A DNA stretch of 64,000 nt from Myxococcales bacterium (lineage in GTDB: Bacteria; Myxococcota_A; Polyangia; Polyangiales; Polyangiaceae). Of this stretch, positions 48,822 to 58,938 are shown one piece after another; the first letter of the stretch is position 1, and every line of letters starts with the position of its first letter. The notes under the pieces were generated by a model. It did no database searches. It saw only the letters and a program-made list of their open reading frames with translations, and was not told the origin of the DNA. Made by a program: the position numbers and the translations under genes. Where the stretch lies: the NCBI GenBank assembly GCA_043747615.1, contig JAYTOU010000080.1:8913-72912 (forward strand), given 5' to 3'.

Positions 48822-49985
48822 ATGCCGGAGCGTCCGCGAAAGTCGAAACGTAGCCACGTGGATGACCTGCGCGGCGCGAACCGCCTGGTGATCGAGGCGA
48901 CGAAGGGCGTCATGGGTCTCGTCGAGGCAATGCACAACCGCATTGCAAGCGGCCCGGGCATCCTCGGTCGCCCACTCGAAGGCCCAGCGAGTCGCGTTAC
49001 CGGCTTGGTGTACGGGACCATGCGCGGGGTGACGAGTCTCGTCGGGACGAGCATCGACACCGCACTGGAGCAGCTCGCGCCGGTCCTAGGCGAGAGCGAG
49101 CCTGGGTCCGAGCGCGCGGCGGTCCTCGCGGCGCTCAACGGCGTGCTCGGTGATTATCTGAGCGAGAGTGGCAACCCGCTCGCGATCGAGATGAGGCTTG
49201 CACCCCGTTCGGAGTCTCCCGCGCCGAGCGGCAAGCTGCTCGTCCTCGTCCACGGCTCGTCGATGAACGAGCATCAATGGACGCGTCTCGGGCACGACCA
49301 TGGAGCCTTGCTCGCGCGCGACCTCGGATATGCGCCTATTTATCTTCGGTACAACAGCGGGCTGCACATCTCGACTAACGGAGCGGCCTTCGCCGCGCTG
49401 CTCGAGCAGGTCACCCAGGAGTGGCCCGTACCCATCGAGGAGATCGTGCTGCTCGGCCACAGCATGGGCGGTCTCGTGGCGCGAAGCGCTTGCCACGCAG
49501 GAGAGACGAGCGCTTGGAGGCGGAAATTACGCGCGCTCGTATGCCTCGGCTCCCCGCACCACGGCGCACCACTCGAACGCGGTGGAAGCTGGCTCGATCT
49601 CCTCCTCGGCATGAGCAGCTACAGCGCACCCCTCAAGCTGCTCGGGCAGATCCGCAGCGCCGGGGTGACCGACTTGCGCTACGGGAACGTACTCGACGAG
49701 CACTGGCGCGGACGCGATCGCTTTACGCATGGTGTAGATCCGCGGCACGAGCTGACCCTGCCGAACGGGGTCCGCTGCTTCGCGATCGCCGGCACCAAAT
49801 CGCTCACCGAAGGCGAAAAGCTCCGCGGCGACGGATTGGTTCCGGTGGACAGCGCGCTCGGCCGGCACGAAAAGGCGGAGCTGACCCTGGCGTTCGACGA
49901 GTCGTGGATCGCCTATGGAACGTTGCACCTCGATCTCCTCAGTCGGCCCGAGGTCTACGAGACCCTTCGATCCTGGCTGTCGTGA
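48822..49985 (+). CDS. PGAP1-like alpha/beta hydrolase (lipase/esterase)
   Basis: VHG, YNSGLHIS.NG, GHSMGG, LGSPHHGAPLE, GDGLVP, HLDLL. Confidence 0.88.
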   Translation: MPERPRKSKRSHVDDLRGANRLVIEATKGVMGLVEAMHNRIASGPGILGRPLEGPASRVTGLVYGTMRGVTSLVGTSIDTALEQLAPVLGESEPGSERAAVLAALNGVLGDYLSESGNPLAIEMRLAPRSESPAPSGKLLVLVHGSSMNEHQWTRLGHDHGALLARDLGYAPIYLRYNSGLHISTNGAAFAALLEQVTQEWPVPIEEIVLLGHSMGGLVARSACHAGETSAWRRKLRALVCLGSPHHGAPLERGGSWLDLLLGMSSYSAPLKLLGQIRSAGVTDLRYGNVLDEHWRGRDRFTHGVDPRHELTLPNGVRCFAIAGTKSLTEGEKLRGDGLVPVDSALGRHEKAELTLAFDESWIAYGTLHLDLLSRPEVYETLRSWLS

Positions 49986-50046
49986 TTCTTCGCGCTCACG
50001 GGGCTCCGGCTTGACCTGAGCATCGTGCGGCCCAAGAGTCGTCGTC

Positions 50047-51387
50047 ATGGCGCTGCCCCCCGGTCCGTCGTACTCCCCCGCGCTGCAAACGTTTCGCTAC
50101 GTTACCCAGCCCGAGAAATTCCTACGCGACTGCCATCAGCGCTACGGCGACATCTTCACCGTCACCACGCTCATCTTCGGTCCCGAGGTTTGCGTCGTTC
50201 GCCCGGAGGTCATCAAGACCGTCTTCACCGGGGACTCGGACGAGCTCCGCGCCGGCGAGGCCAACATCGCGCTCGAGCCGCTGGTAGGAATGAAGAGCGT
50301 GCTCCTCCTCGACGGCGCCGAGCACTTGCGCCAGCGCCGTCTGATGATGCCTCCGTTTCACGGCGAGCGCATGTTCGCGTACGCCCGCACCATGCGCGAG
50401 ATCGCCGAACGCATGGTCGACGGCTGGCCGGTCGGAAAGAAATTCACGCTCCACAAGCACATGCAAAAGCTCACGCTGGAGATCATCCTGCGAACGATCT
50501 TCGGCGTGGAAGAGGGAGCACAGATGGACGACCTAGGGGCGGCGATTGCGCGCGTCCTCGATCTCACCGCGTCGCCATTCACCATGGTCGGCGCCACACC
50601 GCCGTTCCGAAAAAATCTCTGGGGCTTCTCGCCGTGGGCGAGGCTCCAGCGCGCGCTCCGCAGTGCAGACAAGCTTATCTACGAGGTGATTTCACGCCGC
50701 CGGGCGGAGATCGAGGCCAAAGCTCCGCCGCGGACCGACGTCCTGTCGATGCTCCTCACCGCACGCGACGACAAGGGCGACGGGATGACCGACGCCGAGC
50801 TTCGCGACGAGCTCCTCACGCTCCTCGCCGCGGGTCACGAGACGACGGCCACCGAGCTGTGCTGGGCGCTCGATGCCATCCTTGGTGCTCCAAGGGTGGT
50901 CGCGCGCCTTCAAGACGAGCTCCGCGGAGCGACGAACGACGCTGGCGTCACGGCAATGGATCGGCTTCCGTACCTCGACGCCACGCTGAAAGAGGTGCTT
51001 CGTCTGCACCCCGTGATTCCCGCGGTTGCCCGGCGCGTGAAGGTGCCGATGGTGGTGGGCGGCTACGACGTTCCTGCGGGCATGCTCCTCGTCCCCGGCG
51101 TGTGGCTCACTCACCACCTCCCCGACATTTATCCGCAGCCAGACGAGTTCCGGCCCGAGCGCTTCCTCGATACGAAGCCCGATCCGTACGCGTGGCTCCC
51201 CTTCGGTGGTGGCGTTCGGCGTTGCCTAGGTATGGCGTTCGCGCTCTTCGAAATGAAGGTCGTGCTTGCCACCGTTCTCACGCGCGTGAGCCTCCGCCTT
51301 GCGAGCAACAAGCCTACCCGCACCGTGCTGCGCGGCTTCACCCATGCCCCCCGCGGAAACGTCCCGGTGATCGTCGAGAAGCGGTAG
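50047..51387 (+). CDS. Cytochrome P450
   Basis: AGHETT, EVLR, PERF, FGGGVRRCLG heme motif. Confidence 0.95.
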   Translation: MALPPGPSYSPALQTFRYVTQPEKFLRDCHQRYGDIFTVTTLIFGPEVCVVRPEVIKTVFTGDSDELRAGEANIALEPLVGMKSVLLLDGAEHLRQRRLMMPPFHGERMFAYARTMREIAERMVDGWPVGKKFTLHKHMQKLTLEIILRTIFGVEEGAQMDDLGAAIARVLDLTASPFTMVGATPPFRKNLWGFSPWARLQRALRSADKLIYEVISRRRAEIEAKAPPRTDVLSMLLTARDDKGDGMTDAELRDELLTLLAAGHETTATELCWALDAILGAPRVVARLQDELRGATNDAGVTAMDRLPYLDATLKEVLRLHPVIPAVARRVKVPMVVGGYDVPAGMLLVPGVWLTHHLPDIYPQPDEFRPERFLDTKPDPYAWLPFGGGVRRCLGMAFALFEMKVVLATVLTRVSLRLASNKPTRTVLRGFTHAPRGNVPVIVEKR

Positions 51388-51396
51388 GCTCCGGTA

Positions 51397-52854
51397 GTGA
51401 CACGCGAGGAGGTCTGGCAAACGGTCGCGACCGGTCTCCGGCACGACTTTGGTCGCTTACTCGACGTGCGGGACGTCCGTCGGGTCCGCAGGGTGTCGGG
51501 TGATGCATGGACCGTGACCGTCGTCCTCGCCGCTCCGTCCGGTGACCTGCACGTCGCGGATCTCACCGTCGACGACGCAGGCGCGATCTCGCCGACGCTC
51601 GGGGCCGATCACGTCATCGATGCCGTGCGCCGGGCCGTTCGCACTTCCCACGTGCCAGGTCCGCCGGACGAGCTCTCCGATTTCGGCGGCGACCTCGCAG
51701 ACACAAGTGACGAAGAGCCTGGCCTCGAGATGCTCTCGGAGATGGACGCGCCCGTGGAGGTTCGCGTAGCCGCGGCCATCGCGCGTGGTGATGACGCGTC
51801 ATTGAAGGAGGCGCGGGAGCTTCTGCCTCGATTGCTCGCCGCTCACGATCGTCGGGGAAACACGCTCCTTCGCATGGCCGAGGTCGAGGTGATGCTGTGG
51901 GAGCCCAATCTCGCGCGAGGCTACCTCGAAGCCGCAGCCCGCGAGTTCGCAGATCATTTCGATCTAGACGCCCTCGAGAAAGCTGCAGTGATGGCGCTCG
52001 ATCTCGTGGGCCGCGACGCTTTCGCAGGGTCGCCCGTGCACGCGCTCCTCGAGCAAAGCCGGGCTCGTCTGAACCCGTTCTCGAGCATCTTCGACGCGCG
52101 CAGCTTCGTCGGCCTACCGGAAGATCTCCGGGCGACGCTGGAGCCTCACATCACACTTCGCACGCTCGCCCCGGGCGAGACGCTCGTCAACGAGGGCGAC
52201 CCTTCGCGCCAGGTGTTCGTCGTCAAGAGCGGGCTCATCGGCGTCTGGCTCGAAAAGCCCTCGGGTGGCTCATGGCTCGTGCGCTGCTGTTTTCCCGGCT
52301 GGTTGCTGGGCGAATCGAGCGTCCTCGGCGGTGTCGCGCCCCGCTGCATGGCCTCGCTCCGCGCCGAGCGCCTCAGCGAAATTTGGATCTGCGACGCCGC
52401 GGTCATCCGCAATCTGATGGAAGAAGATCTCGCGTTCGGGATGCGCATCGCCGAGACCAAACAACTTCACCGCATCGACTCGTTCTTCTCGATGCACGAG
52501 ACGATGGGGCAGCTCGACGTTCAGGTGCGCGACGGGATGCTCTCGTGCATCCAGCGGATCGAGACCTTCCACGAAGAGACGCTCATCCTCCCAGCGAACG
52601 AGATTCCGAGCGTTGCTTGCCTCGTCGCACGCGGGACGATCGCGCTCTTCGAGGTCGGCAAGGAGCAGCCTGCCGGCGTCATCGAGGCCGACTCGTTCTT
52701 CGGAGTGCGCGACACCATCCACCGCATCGCGCCCAGCGTTTCAGCGGTCGCCCGCGCCGGTACCACGGTGGCGTTCTTCGACGGCGCACGCTTGCAGAAG
52801 CTTTGCGAGCACAGCCCCGAGCACGTCGTCGCCGTTCTCGAGCGCCTGGGCTGA
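51397..52854 (+). CDS. Protein with tandem C-terminal cyclic-nucleotide-binding domains and helical/TPR-like middle
   Basis: LVNEGD..VFVVKSG..LGESSVL..PRCMASLRA; second degenerate domain FFGVRD. Confidence 0.75.
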   Translation: MTREEVWQTVATGLRHDFGRLLDVRDVRRVRRVSGDAWTVTVVLAAPSGDLHVADLTVDDAGAISPTLGADHVIDAVRRAVRTSHVPGPPDELSDFGGDLADTSDEEPGLEMLSEMDAPVEVRVAAAIARGDDASLKEARELLPRLLAAHDRRGNTLLRMAEVEVMLWEPNLARGYLEAAAREFADHFDLDALEKAAVMALDLVGRDAFAGSPVHALLEQSRARLNPFSSIFDARSFVGLPEDLRATLEPHITLRTLAPGETLVNEGDPSRQVFVVKSGLIGVWLEKPSGGSWLVRCCFPGWLLGESSVLGGVAPRCMASLRAERLSEIWICDAAVIRNLMEEDLAFGMRIAETKQLHRIDSFFSMHETMGQLDVQVRDGMLSCIQRIETFHEETLILPANEIPSVACLVARGTIALFEVGKEQPAGVIEADSFFGVRDTIHRIAPSVSAVARAGTTVAFFDGARLQKLCEHSPEHVVAVLERLG

Positions 52855-52871
52855 AGCTACATTCCGCCTAC

Positions 52872-53273
52872 TCAGGAGGCGGTGGTCATGAACACCATGA
52901 CGAATTCGCGCTTCTCGGTGACGAAGAGCTCGTGGCAGAGAACGTTCTTGAGCTTGTCTGCCGCCGCGGTCATGCCTTTCTCGAGGCGCGCGAGCTCGCC
53001 GGCGTCGAGGGAGTCGGCAACGCCGAGAGATACGGCGTGAAGCGCAATGGCGTAGGGCGTCTCGCCGTCACGGTAGCCGAGGGAGAGGACGAGGCGTTTG
53101 TCACCTTCGAGGTATTCGACGCCGATGCTCTTCGGAGCGCAGGGGTTCTTGCGAACGAAGTCCTCCGCGTCTTTCGCGACGGAGCCGAGCGACAGGTCAG
53201 CTCCGAGCGTGCCTGTGAACAGCTTGAATTTCCCGTGAAACTGCTCTTTTGTGGCGTTCATTTGATTGGGCAT
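52872..53273 (-). CDS. Hypothetical protein
   Basis: 133-aa ORF, GC3-biased codons, 13 nt downstream of the next gene. Confidence 0.7.
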   Translation of the reverse strand: MPNQMNATKEQFHGKFKLFTGTLGADLSLGSVAKDAEDFVRKNPCAPKSIGVEYLEGDKRLVLSLGYRDGETPYAIALHAVSLGVADSLDAGELARLEKGMTAAADKLKNVLCHELFVTEKREFVMVFMTTAS

Positions 53274-53286
53274 ATCACGGGCGTCC

Positions 53287-53955
53287 TTACTTCGGAACGA
53301 CGAGCTTCGGCGACTGCTCGACCACGCGGGCTACGGCCTCTTGCCCGAAGAACTCGAGCACCGTTTGCACGCGCAGCTTTTGATCGTTGGAGGATTTCAC
53401 GACCCCCTGCTGCGTCCTCACCTGGAGCTCCATCAGCTTCTTGATCTCGCTGATCTGCCCGGCAAGCTTTTCGATCTGCGCGGTGGCGTCGATCAGCACG
53501 GTCTGGGTGTGACGCTCGCCGTGCTGGATGAAGGCCTCGAGGGCCTGGATTTCCTCGGCCGACGTTTCGATGATCGCGTCGATCGGAATGCCGAACGCCT
53601 TGAGGGACGCCTCCACGATGGCCTTTCGCGTGTCCCGCGGCGTGTCCGTGGGGAGCGATTGAAGGAGGGCGAGGGCCTTCTCGACGCGCTGCTGGGCCTC
53701 GTCGCTGATCCGCGCAGATTGAAACACCTGCGCGAAAACGGTGGTGTCGGGTGCCGAGCCGGCGGCGACCTGCGGCACCCTTCCCTGGAGGCGGAGCGAA
53801 GGAGGCGCGGAATCGTCGGCCGGCGGCGGGGGGAGCGGTTTGCGCTGCTTAAACTGTTGCACCATCTTCTCGGGCTCGACGGCCTCTGCCTCTGCCTCCT
53901 CGTCATCGCGAACCACGAACCAGCCGAGCACGGTCTCCCCAATCTTCTTGGTCAT
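53287..53955 (-). CDS. Hypothetical helical / coiled-coil protein
   Basis: Amphipathic N-terminus (VLGWFVV), Pro linker, long coiled coil. Confidence 0.75.
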   Translation of the reverse strand: MTKKIGETVLGWFVVRDDEEAEAEAVEPEKMVQQFKQRKPLPPPPADDSAPPSLRLQGRVPQVAAGSAPDTTVFAQVFQSARISDEAQQRVEKALALLQSLPTDTPRDTRKAIVEASLKAFGIPIDAIIETSAEEIQALEAFIQHGERHTQTVLIDATAQIEKLAGQISEIKKLMELQVRTQQGVVKSSNDQKLRVQTVLEFFGQEAVARVVEQSPKLVVPK

Positions 53956-54017
53956 TGCGCCATCGTCGCTCCATTCCCGTGGCAACACACGAGCCTCGTT
54001 CGGCTATGCTCGCCAAT

Positions 54018-54848
54018 GTGAGTGACGGAAAGAAGCGGGGAGCCGGGGACGAAGCCCCCTACGCCCGTTACGCGTTTCTCAACCCGTACAACATCTCTCT
54101 CTTGGCGGGCGCGGCCACCACCGCGGCAGCGACGGGACACTGGGAAATCGCCTTGTGCGCGGGCGCGAGCGAAGCGCTGTGGATGCTCTTTGCACCGGGC
54201 TCCAAGCTTCTGCAGCGTCTGTGGTTCGATCCGATCTGGGAGCAAACCAAGGCGGACAACGTGGACACGCGGCGCGAGCTTAAATTTCAGCGCCTCACCC
54301 TCATGGACCAGCAGCGCGCCTTTGCCCTTCGCGAGCAGCGCGCCCGCATCTACCGCCTGGCCACCGACAACCCGTCGCTCACCGTGGATCTCCTCACTCC
54401 CGAGCTCGCGAAGCTCGACACTCTCTATGAAGACTTTCTCGATCTCGCCCTGGTGTGCGCGCGCTCCGAAAAGCACCTCGGCAGCTTCGATGTGCCGCGC
54501 ATGGAAAATAGCTGGAAGTATTACGAGCAGCAGAAGGTCGAGTTCAGGCCGAGCGATCAACGCTACAAAGTGGCGACGAAGAATCTCGAAGTGATCACCC
54601 AGCGCATGGATCGGCTCGCCCAGGTGCGAAAAAATCTCCAGACGTCGCGCGGCCAGATGGATCTCATGGAAAATAGCTTCCGTCTCCTCGCCGACGAGAT
54701 CGTCACCGTCGCGGATCCCGCGGAGCTAGGCGCGCGCCTGGATGATTTGCGCATCGGCGTAGAGGCCATCCGCGAGACGTCGGATGAATCGGAGCTCGTC
54801 TACGAAGAGCTCGAAGACCACGAGCCAGACAAGCAGATGCGCCGTTAG
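54018..54848 (+). CDS. Hypothetical membrane-anchored coiled-coil protein (XpaC-like architecture)
   Basis: N-terminal hydrophobic hairpin then heptad-rich helices; TATGCT 7 nt before GTG. Confidence 0.7.
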   Translation: MSDGKKRGAGDEAPYARYAFLNPYNISLLAGAATTAAATGHWEIALCAGASEALWMLFAPGSKLLQRLWFDPIWEQTKADNVDTRRELKFQRLTLMDQQRAFALREQRARIYRLATDNPSLTVDLLTPELAKLDTLYEDFLDLALVCARSEKHLGSFDVPRMENSWKYYEQQKVEFRPSDQRYKVATKNLEVITQRMDRLAQVRKNLQTSRGQMDLMENSFRLLADEIVTVADPAELGARLDDLRIGVEAIRETSDESELVYEELEDHEPDKQMRR

Positions 54849-55654
54849 AGGTCGTGAAACCGCGCGGAGATCTCGTGCTCCAGCGCCGCAAATTCGGGAA
54901 GCGCTTCGACCCCCGTGCGCCAGGCCAAGCCGCGCTCGACCATGTCGTAGGTCTCGCAGATGCGTGCCCCAGAGACGAGCGTGCCTTTCGCGTTGCGCGA
55001 GCGGCCGAGCATGTGCACGGTGTCGCTCACGGCCATGGCCGCCCGAATGTCGTGGGTGACGAGGACGATCGTGTTGAGCTCGTCGAGGTGCGCGACCTCT
55101 TGAACGAGGGCCATCACGCTCGCGAGCGCGGCGGGGTCGAGACCGCTGAAGGGCTCGTCCATGAGCACCAGCTGACGAGGCCGCATGATCTGCTGGGCGA
55201 TCGCCACGCGCTGACGCTGGCCGCCGGAGAGGCGCGCGGGAAAAAAGCTCGCACGCTCCGTGAGGGCGAACGTGGCCATGAGCTGAGTGGCCCGCGACGC
55301 GGCCTCGCCGACCGTCATGCCGGCGATCGTGCCGGCGAGCTCGAGGTTGCTCCTCACCGACCGGTGCTGGAGAAGCGGGTAGTCCTGAAAAACGTAGCCG
55401 ACCGTTCCCGCGTGGAGGATGGCACCGTCCTGGCCGCGCACCGTTCCGCCGTCGGCTTTGTCGAGCCCGGCGATGATCCGGAGGAGACGTGTTTTGCCGA
55501 CGCCCGAGGGCCCGAGGAGCGCCACCACCTGCCCGGTGACACACCCTTCGCGCACGCGGTCGAGGACTTGGAACGTGATGTCCGCGAGGATCGGCGTGCC
55601 TCCGAGGGCGAGCTTGACGCCGGCAACGTCGAGGAGAACTTCTCCTTCGCTCAT
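54845..55654 (-). CDS. ABC transporter ATP-binding protein (NitT/TauT family)
   Basis: GPSGVGKT, VFQDYPL, LSGGQRQR, MDEPFSGLD, VTHD. Confidence 0.93.
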   Translation of the reverse strand: MSEGEVLLDVAGVKLALGGTPILADITFQVLDRVREGCVTGQVVALLGPSGVGKTRLLRIIAGLDKADGGTVRGQDGAILHAGTVGYVFQDYPLLQHRSVRSNLELAGTIAGMTVGEAASRATQLMATFALTERASFFPARLSGGQRQRVAIAQQIMRPRQLVLMDEPFSGLDPAALASVMALVQEVAHLDELNTIVLVTHDIRAAMAVSDTVHMLGRSRNAKGTLVSGARICETYDMVERGLAWRTGVEALPEFAALEHEISARFHDL

Positions 55655-56415
55655 CGCTCTTGCCGCCCGAGGTTCGCGTACGGGCACAGCATGTTCGTGA
55701 GTACGCCCATCCCGTAGTCCATCGCCAAGCCGAGCACGAGGATCACCAGCAGAATCGCGTACACCTCGGCGAGCAGGAAATGCCTATTTTCGTCGATGAT
55801 CAGCGCTCCGATGCCACCTTCGGCGCGGCTGATTCCCTCGACCATCGTGATCATCGCCCAGCCCATGGCGACGTTCTGGCGAAGAACGTCGAGCGCGCGA
55901 TCGAGGGTGCCGCGAATGACGACCTCCCACAGGATGCGCCCCTCGCCGGCGCCGAGGACACGCATGTAGTCGAACTGCGCGCGCGGGATCTCGACGACGA
56001 TCTGGGCCATCGACGTGATGAAGAACGTCGACATCCCGAACGTGAGGAGCGCGACCTTCAGCGCGTAGCCTCCGCCGGTGAGAAGCGTGAACGGGAAGAC
56101 GAGCCCGGTGAAACCGAGAAAGCGAAGCTTGGAAGTTCCCTCGACGAGCGGACGGAAAAACGGAATCACCGTCAGGTAAGAGAGCGAAAGCGAAATCACC
56201 ACCGTGAGCAGCGTCGCGTGGGCGATGAGGCGGAGCGTCGTGAAGAGCTCGGGCCCCATTCCCCGGTGCCACCACAGGGCGCCGAGGGCCTGCCAGATCT
56301 CCGCGGGCGTCGGCAGCGTCTTGAAGGGCATCGCCAGCCAGATGCCGAGGACAGCGAGCACCCAGAAGACGACGATGAGCGCCGTCGTAGATCCCGCCAG
56401 AACGCGATTCGGCAT
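55651..56415 (-). CDS. ABC transporter permease (NitT/TauT family); start uncertain
   Basis: LPTPAEIW, EAA-like FDYMRVLGA, six TM segments. Confidence 0.88.
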   Translation of the reverse strand: MPNRVLAGSTTALIVVFWVLAVLGIWLAMPFKTLPTPAEIWQALGALWWHRGMGPELFTTLRLIAHATLLTVVISLSLSYLTVIPFFRPLVEGTSKLRFLGFTGLVFPFTLLTGGGYALKVALLTFGMSTFFITSMAQIVVEIPRAQFDYMRVLGAGEGRILWEVVIRGTLDRALDVLRQNVAMGWAMITMVEGISRAEGGIGALIIDENRHFLLAEVYAILLVILVLGLAMDYGMGVLTNMLCPYANLGRQER

Positions 56416-56480
56416 GAACGCCGCTGCGAGCCTTCTCGACGGCTGCTCCGTCGGGACGGCTTTTTTCGGCGCGACGGTGG

Positions 56481-58253
56481 TCAGCTTGCTGTTCCGAGGA
56501 CGACGACGACGCGACGGTTCTTTGCTTTGCCTTCGGGGGTGGTGTTCGGCGCGACCGGCTCCGTCTGCCCATGGGCGACGACCTTCACGCGCCCTTCGGG
56601 GAAGCTCGACGGGGCCTGCTTCTCGAGCCAGAGCTTCACGGCGAAGGCGCGATCTTCGGAGAGCTTCAAGTTCGCGTCGGCGGTGCCGGCGTTGTCGGTG
56701 TGACCGTGGATCTCGACGATGGTGCCGCTGGCCACGACCAAATCGTTGAGGAGCTGTTTGAGCTCCGTCTGGGTCTGCGCGGTGAACTCGGCGCTGCCGG
56801 TGTTGAACTGAATGTCCCACGCCCGGCGGCTGACGACGACGGCGACTTTTTCGCTCGCGGCGAACTTGGGAAGATCGGCGACGGTGGTCGTGCCCTGGGC
56901 CTGCAGCGCCTTGAGGTAGGACAGATCCTGGATCTGATCGGCCGAAGCGAACGAGGGAAAGAGGCTCGGGTACTGGGATTTCACGATGTTCGCGAAGACC
57001 GTGTACGTCACAGCAAACGAATTGGTGGAGCCCGGCACCAGGCCGAAGGTCTGAAGGTTGTCAGCCAGGTTGTTCACGGCCGATCCGCCGAGCTCGACGT
57101 CGATCCCCTTCTTGTCCTTCTGGATCTGGGGCTTGAAGTACTTATACCAGTACGCGGCGTCCTTCTCTTTGTAGACGAGGGCGCTGACGGCGGCGGCTTG
57201 CTTGAGAGCGTCGTCGCTCGATTTGATCTTGTCGGCCGCCTCGAAGAAGGAGGCGAGCATCCCTTCGACGATCTTCCGGTTGGCCTCCATCCACTTCTTG
57301 TTGCCGATGATGACGTTCGGCATCTGCGAGCGGTACTCCTTGGTAGAGACGATCGACACGAGGCCCCCCTTCTGCTCGGCCACGGTCACGTCGCCCGGCG
57401 TCCAGGTGACCACGCCATCGACGCAATGCTTCTCTTTTGCGCCCGACTTGGTGTTCCTCATCTCCGCGCAGAATCCGCTCACGTACTTCTGAGCCGCGTC
57501 GATGTAGTCACTCGCGTTCACCCAGTTGAGAGCGTCGGGATCGTAGGTTGCTTCGTCGGGGTTGTTGGGGATCTTGTTGTCACCGAGCCATTTGAGCGCG
57601 ATGTTCCAGTCTCCGTCGCGAAGAACACCGGCAACGAGACCGCCGCGCGCTGCTTGCGGATTGGCCTTCCACGCCACGGGGCCCATGAACTTGTCTTCGC
57701 CGCGGCTGTAACCCGCGGAGCCGACGACGACGGCGTGGTAGTCGGGACCGAGCTTGTTCAGCTTGTCGTTGATCCCTTTGAGGAACGGGGCCGAGCCATC
57801 ACCCATGACGGCCACGAAGTGCGCGCCCTCTTTCGGCTGCGCCTCGCCCTTCTTGAGGGACTCGCCGAAGGTGATGAACTGGCTCGTGAGGTTGTCGTTG
57901 TTGTCTTCGCGAATCAGCTTCAAGTTGACGCCGTGGGCGCAGGCCAAGCTGCCCGCGATCGCCTGCTTTCCCCCGGCCGCCAGCATCATTCCCATCTGCG
58001 CATTCCACGCCCAGTGAAAGAAGCGCACCTCGGGCAGATTCGTGCAGCCACCCGGCGTGTCCGCTGCGGTCGGGAAGCCGGCGACGTCGTCGGGGAGCCT
58101 CGCGGTCGGCGGAACGTTCGACGACTGCTGCGGAGCGATCGGCGCGATCTTCCCCGTCAGTCCGGGATTGAGCACCAGAATGAGGGCCACCGCGCCGACG
58201 ATCACAGCGGCGATGAAAATTTTTGCGGTCATGGTGAGCCGAAAACGTGCCAC
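56481..58253 (-). CDS. NMT1/THI5-like substrate-binding protein fused to OmpA-like C-terminal domain
   Basis: N-terminal TM; YSRGED, VTWTP, STKEY; IQFNTGSA, GHTDN.G..NLKLSEDRAFAV, NRRV. Confidence 0.88.
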   Translation of the reverse strand: MARFRLTMTAKIFIAAVIVGAVALILVLNPGLTGKIAPIAPQQSSNVPPTARLPDDVAGFPTAADTPGGCTNLPEVRFFHWAWNAQMGMMLAAGGKQAIAGSLACAHGVNLKLIREDNNDNLTSQFITFGESLKKGEAQPKEGAHFVAVMGDGSAPFLKGINDKLNKLGPDYHAVVVGSAGYSRGEDKFMGPVAWKANPQAARGGLVAGVLRDGDWNIALKWLGDNKIPNNPDEATYDPDALNWVNASDYIDAAQKYVSGFCAEMRNTKSGAKEKHCVDGVVTWTPGDVTVAEQKGGLVSIVSTKEYRSQMPNVIIGNKKWMEANRKIVEGMLASFFEAADKIKSSDDALKQAAAVSALVYKEKDAAYWYKYFKPQIQKDKKGIDVELGGSAVNNLADNLQTFGLVPGSTNSFAVTYTVFANIVKSQYPSLFPSFASADQIQDLSYLKALQAQGTTTVADLPKFAASEKVAVVVSRRAWDIQFNTGSAEFTAQTQTELKQLLNDLVVASGTIVEIHGHTDNAGTADANLKLSEDRAFAVKLWLEKQAPSSFPEGRVKVVAHGQTEPVAPNTTPEGKAKNRRVVVVLGTAS

Positions 58254-58339
58254 GCGTTTGCTCCGTTCGTGGGTGGATGAAGCAGGGAGCCTAGCTTCTC
58301 CGCTCCGCGAGGGTCAATTCACCATGTATCTTGAGGACG

Positions 58340-58813
58340 ATGACGTCGCTCGCGTCCGTGCGTTGGGACCTCGTCCCGTTCTCCACGCTCACCGTCGACG
58401 AGCTTTACGACGTGCTTCTGCTCCGTCAGCTCGTCTTCTGCGTCGAGCAAAAGTGCGCCTACCTCGATTGCGACGGAAAAGATCAGAAGGCGTTGCATCT
58501 TCTGGGTCGCGATCCAGCCGGGCGCCTGCTTGGCTACGCGCGCCTGCTCCCGCCGCACGCCAGCTACGCCGAACCGTCCATCGGCCGCGTCGTCACCCAT
58601 CCAGATGCGCGAGGGCTTGGCGTGGGAAAAGAATTGATGCGCCAGGCGATCGGCCGCGCACGCGACGCCTACGGGCCAACGGCGATCCGGATCGGCGCGC
58701 AGCTTTATTTGAAGCGATTTTACGAGGAGGTGGGGTTCGCCGTGTCCGGTCCCGCATACGACGAGGACGGGATCCCCCATGTGGAGATGCTTCGTCCGGC
58801 GTCGGGAGCGTGA
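58340..58813 (+). CDS. elaA: ElaA-family GNAT acetyltransferase
   Basis: LR..VFCVEQKCAYLDCDG.D, IGRVV, RGLGVGKELM, IGAQLYL..FY, EDGIPH. Confidence 0.9.
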   Translation: MTSLASVRWDLVPFSTLTVDELYDVLLLRQLVFCVEQKCAYLDCDGKDQKALHLLGRDPAGRLLGYARLLPPHASYAEPSIGRVVTHPDARGLGVGKELMRQAIGRARDAYGPTAIRIGAQLYLKRFYEEVGFAVSGPAYDEDGIPHVEMLRPASGA

Positions 58814-58938
58814 GGCAATCGATGTTCGTCTTCCGCATGGATCAATGTCGCGGCCCGAGGGTCTTGGTCTTCATGGGAAGCACCAACGAATAGTTTTTTC
58901 TCTGGAACTTTTGGACAGACCGTCGTGTCCGCCGCACG

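Noticed and set aside
45857..49138. 1093-aa minus-strand ORF and other long overlapping ORFs (e.g. 56571-58280, 50025-51503, 51897-53444)
   Set aside because: Arg/Gly-rich shadow frames of well-supported genes, expected in high-GC DNA
48822..51387. Biosynthetic gene cluster around the P450 and hydrolase
   Set aside because: No PKS, NRPS, terpene synthase or RiPP precursor/maturase nearby
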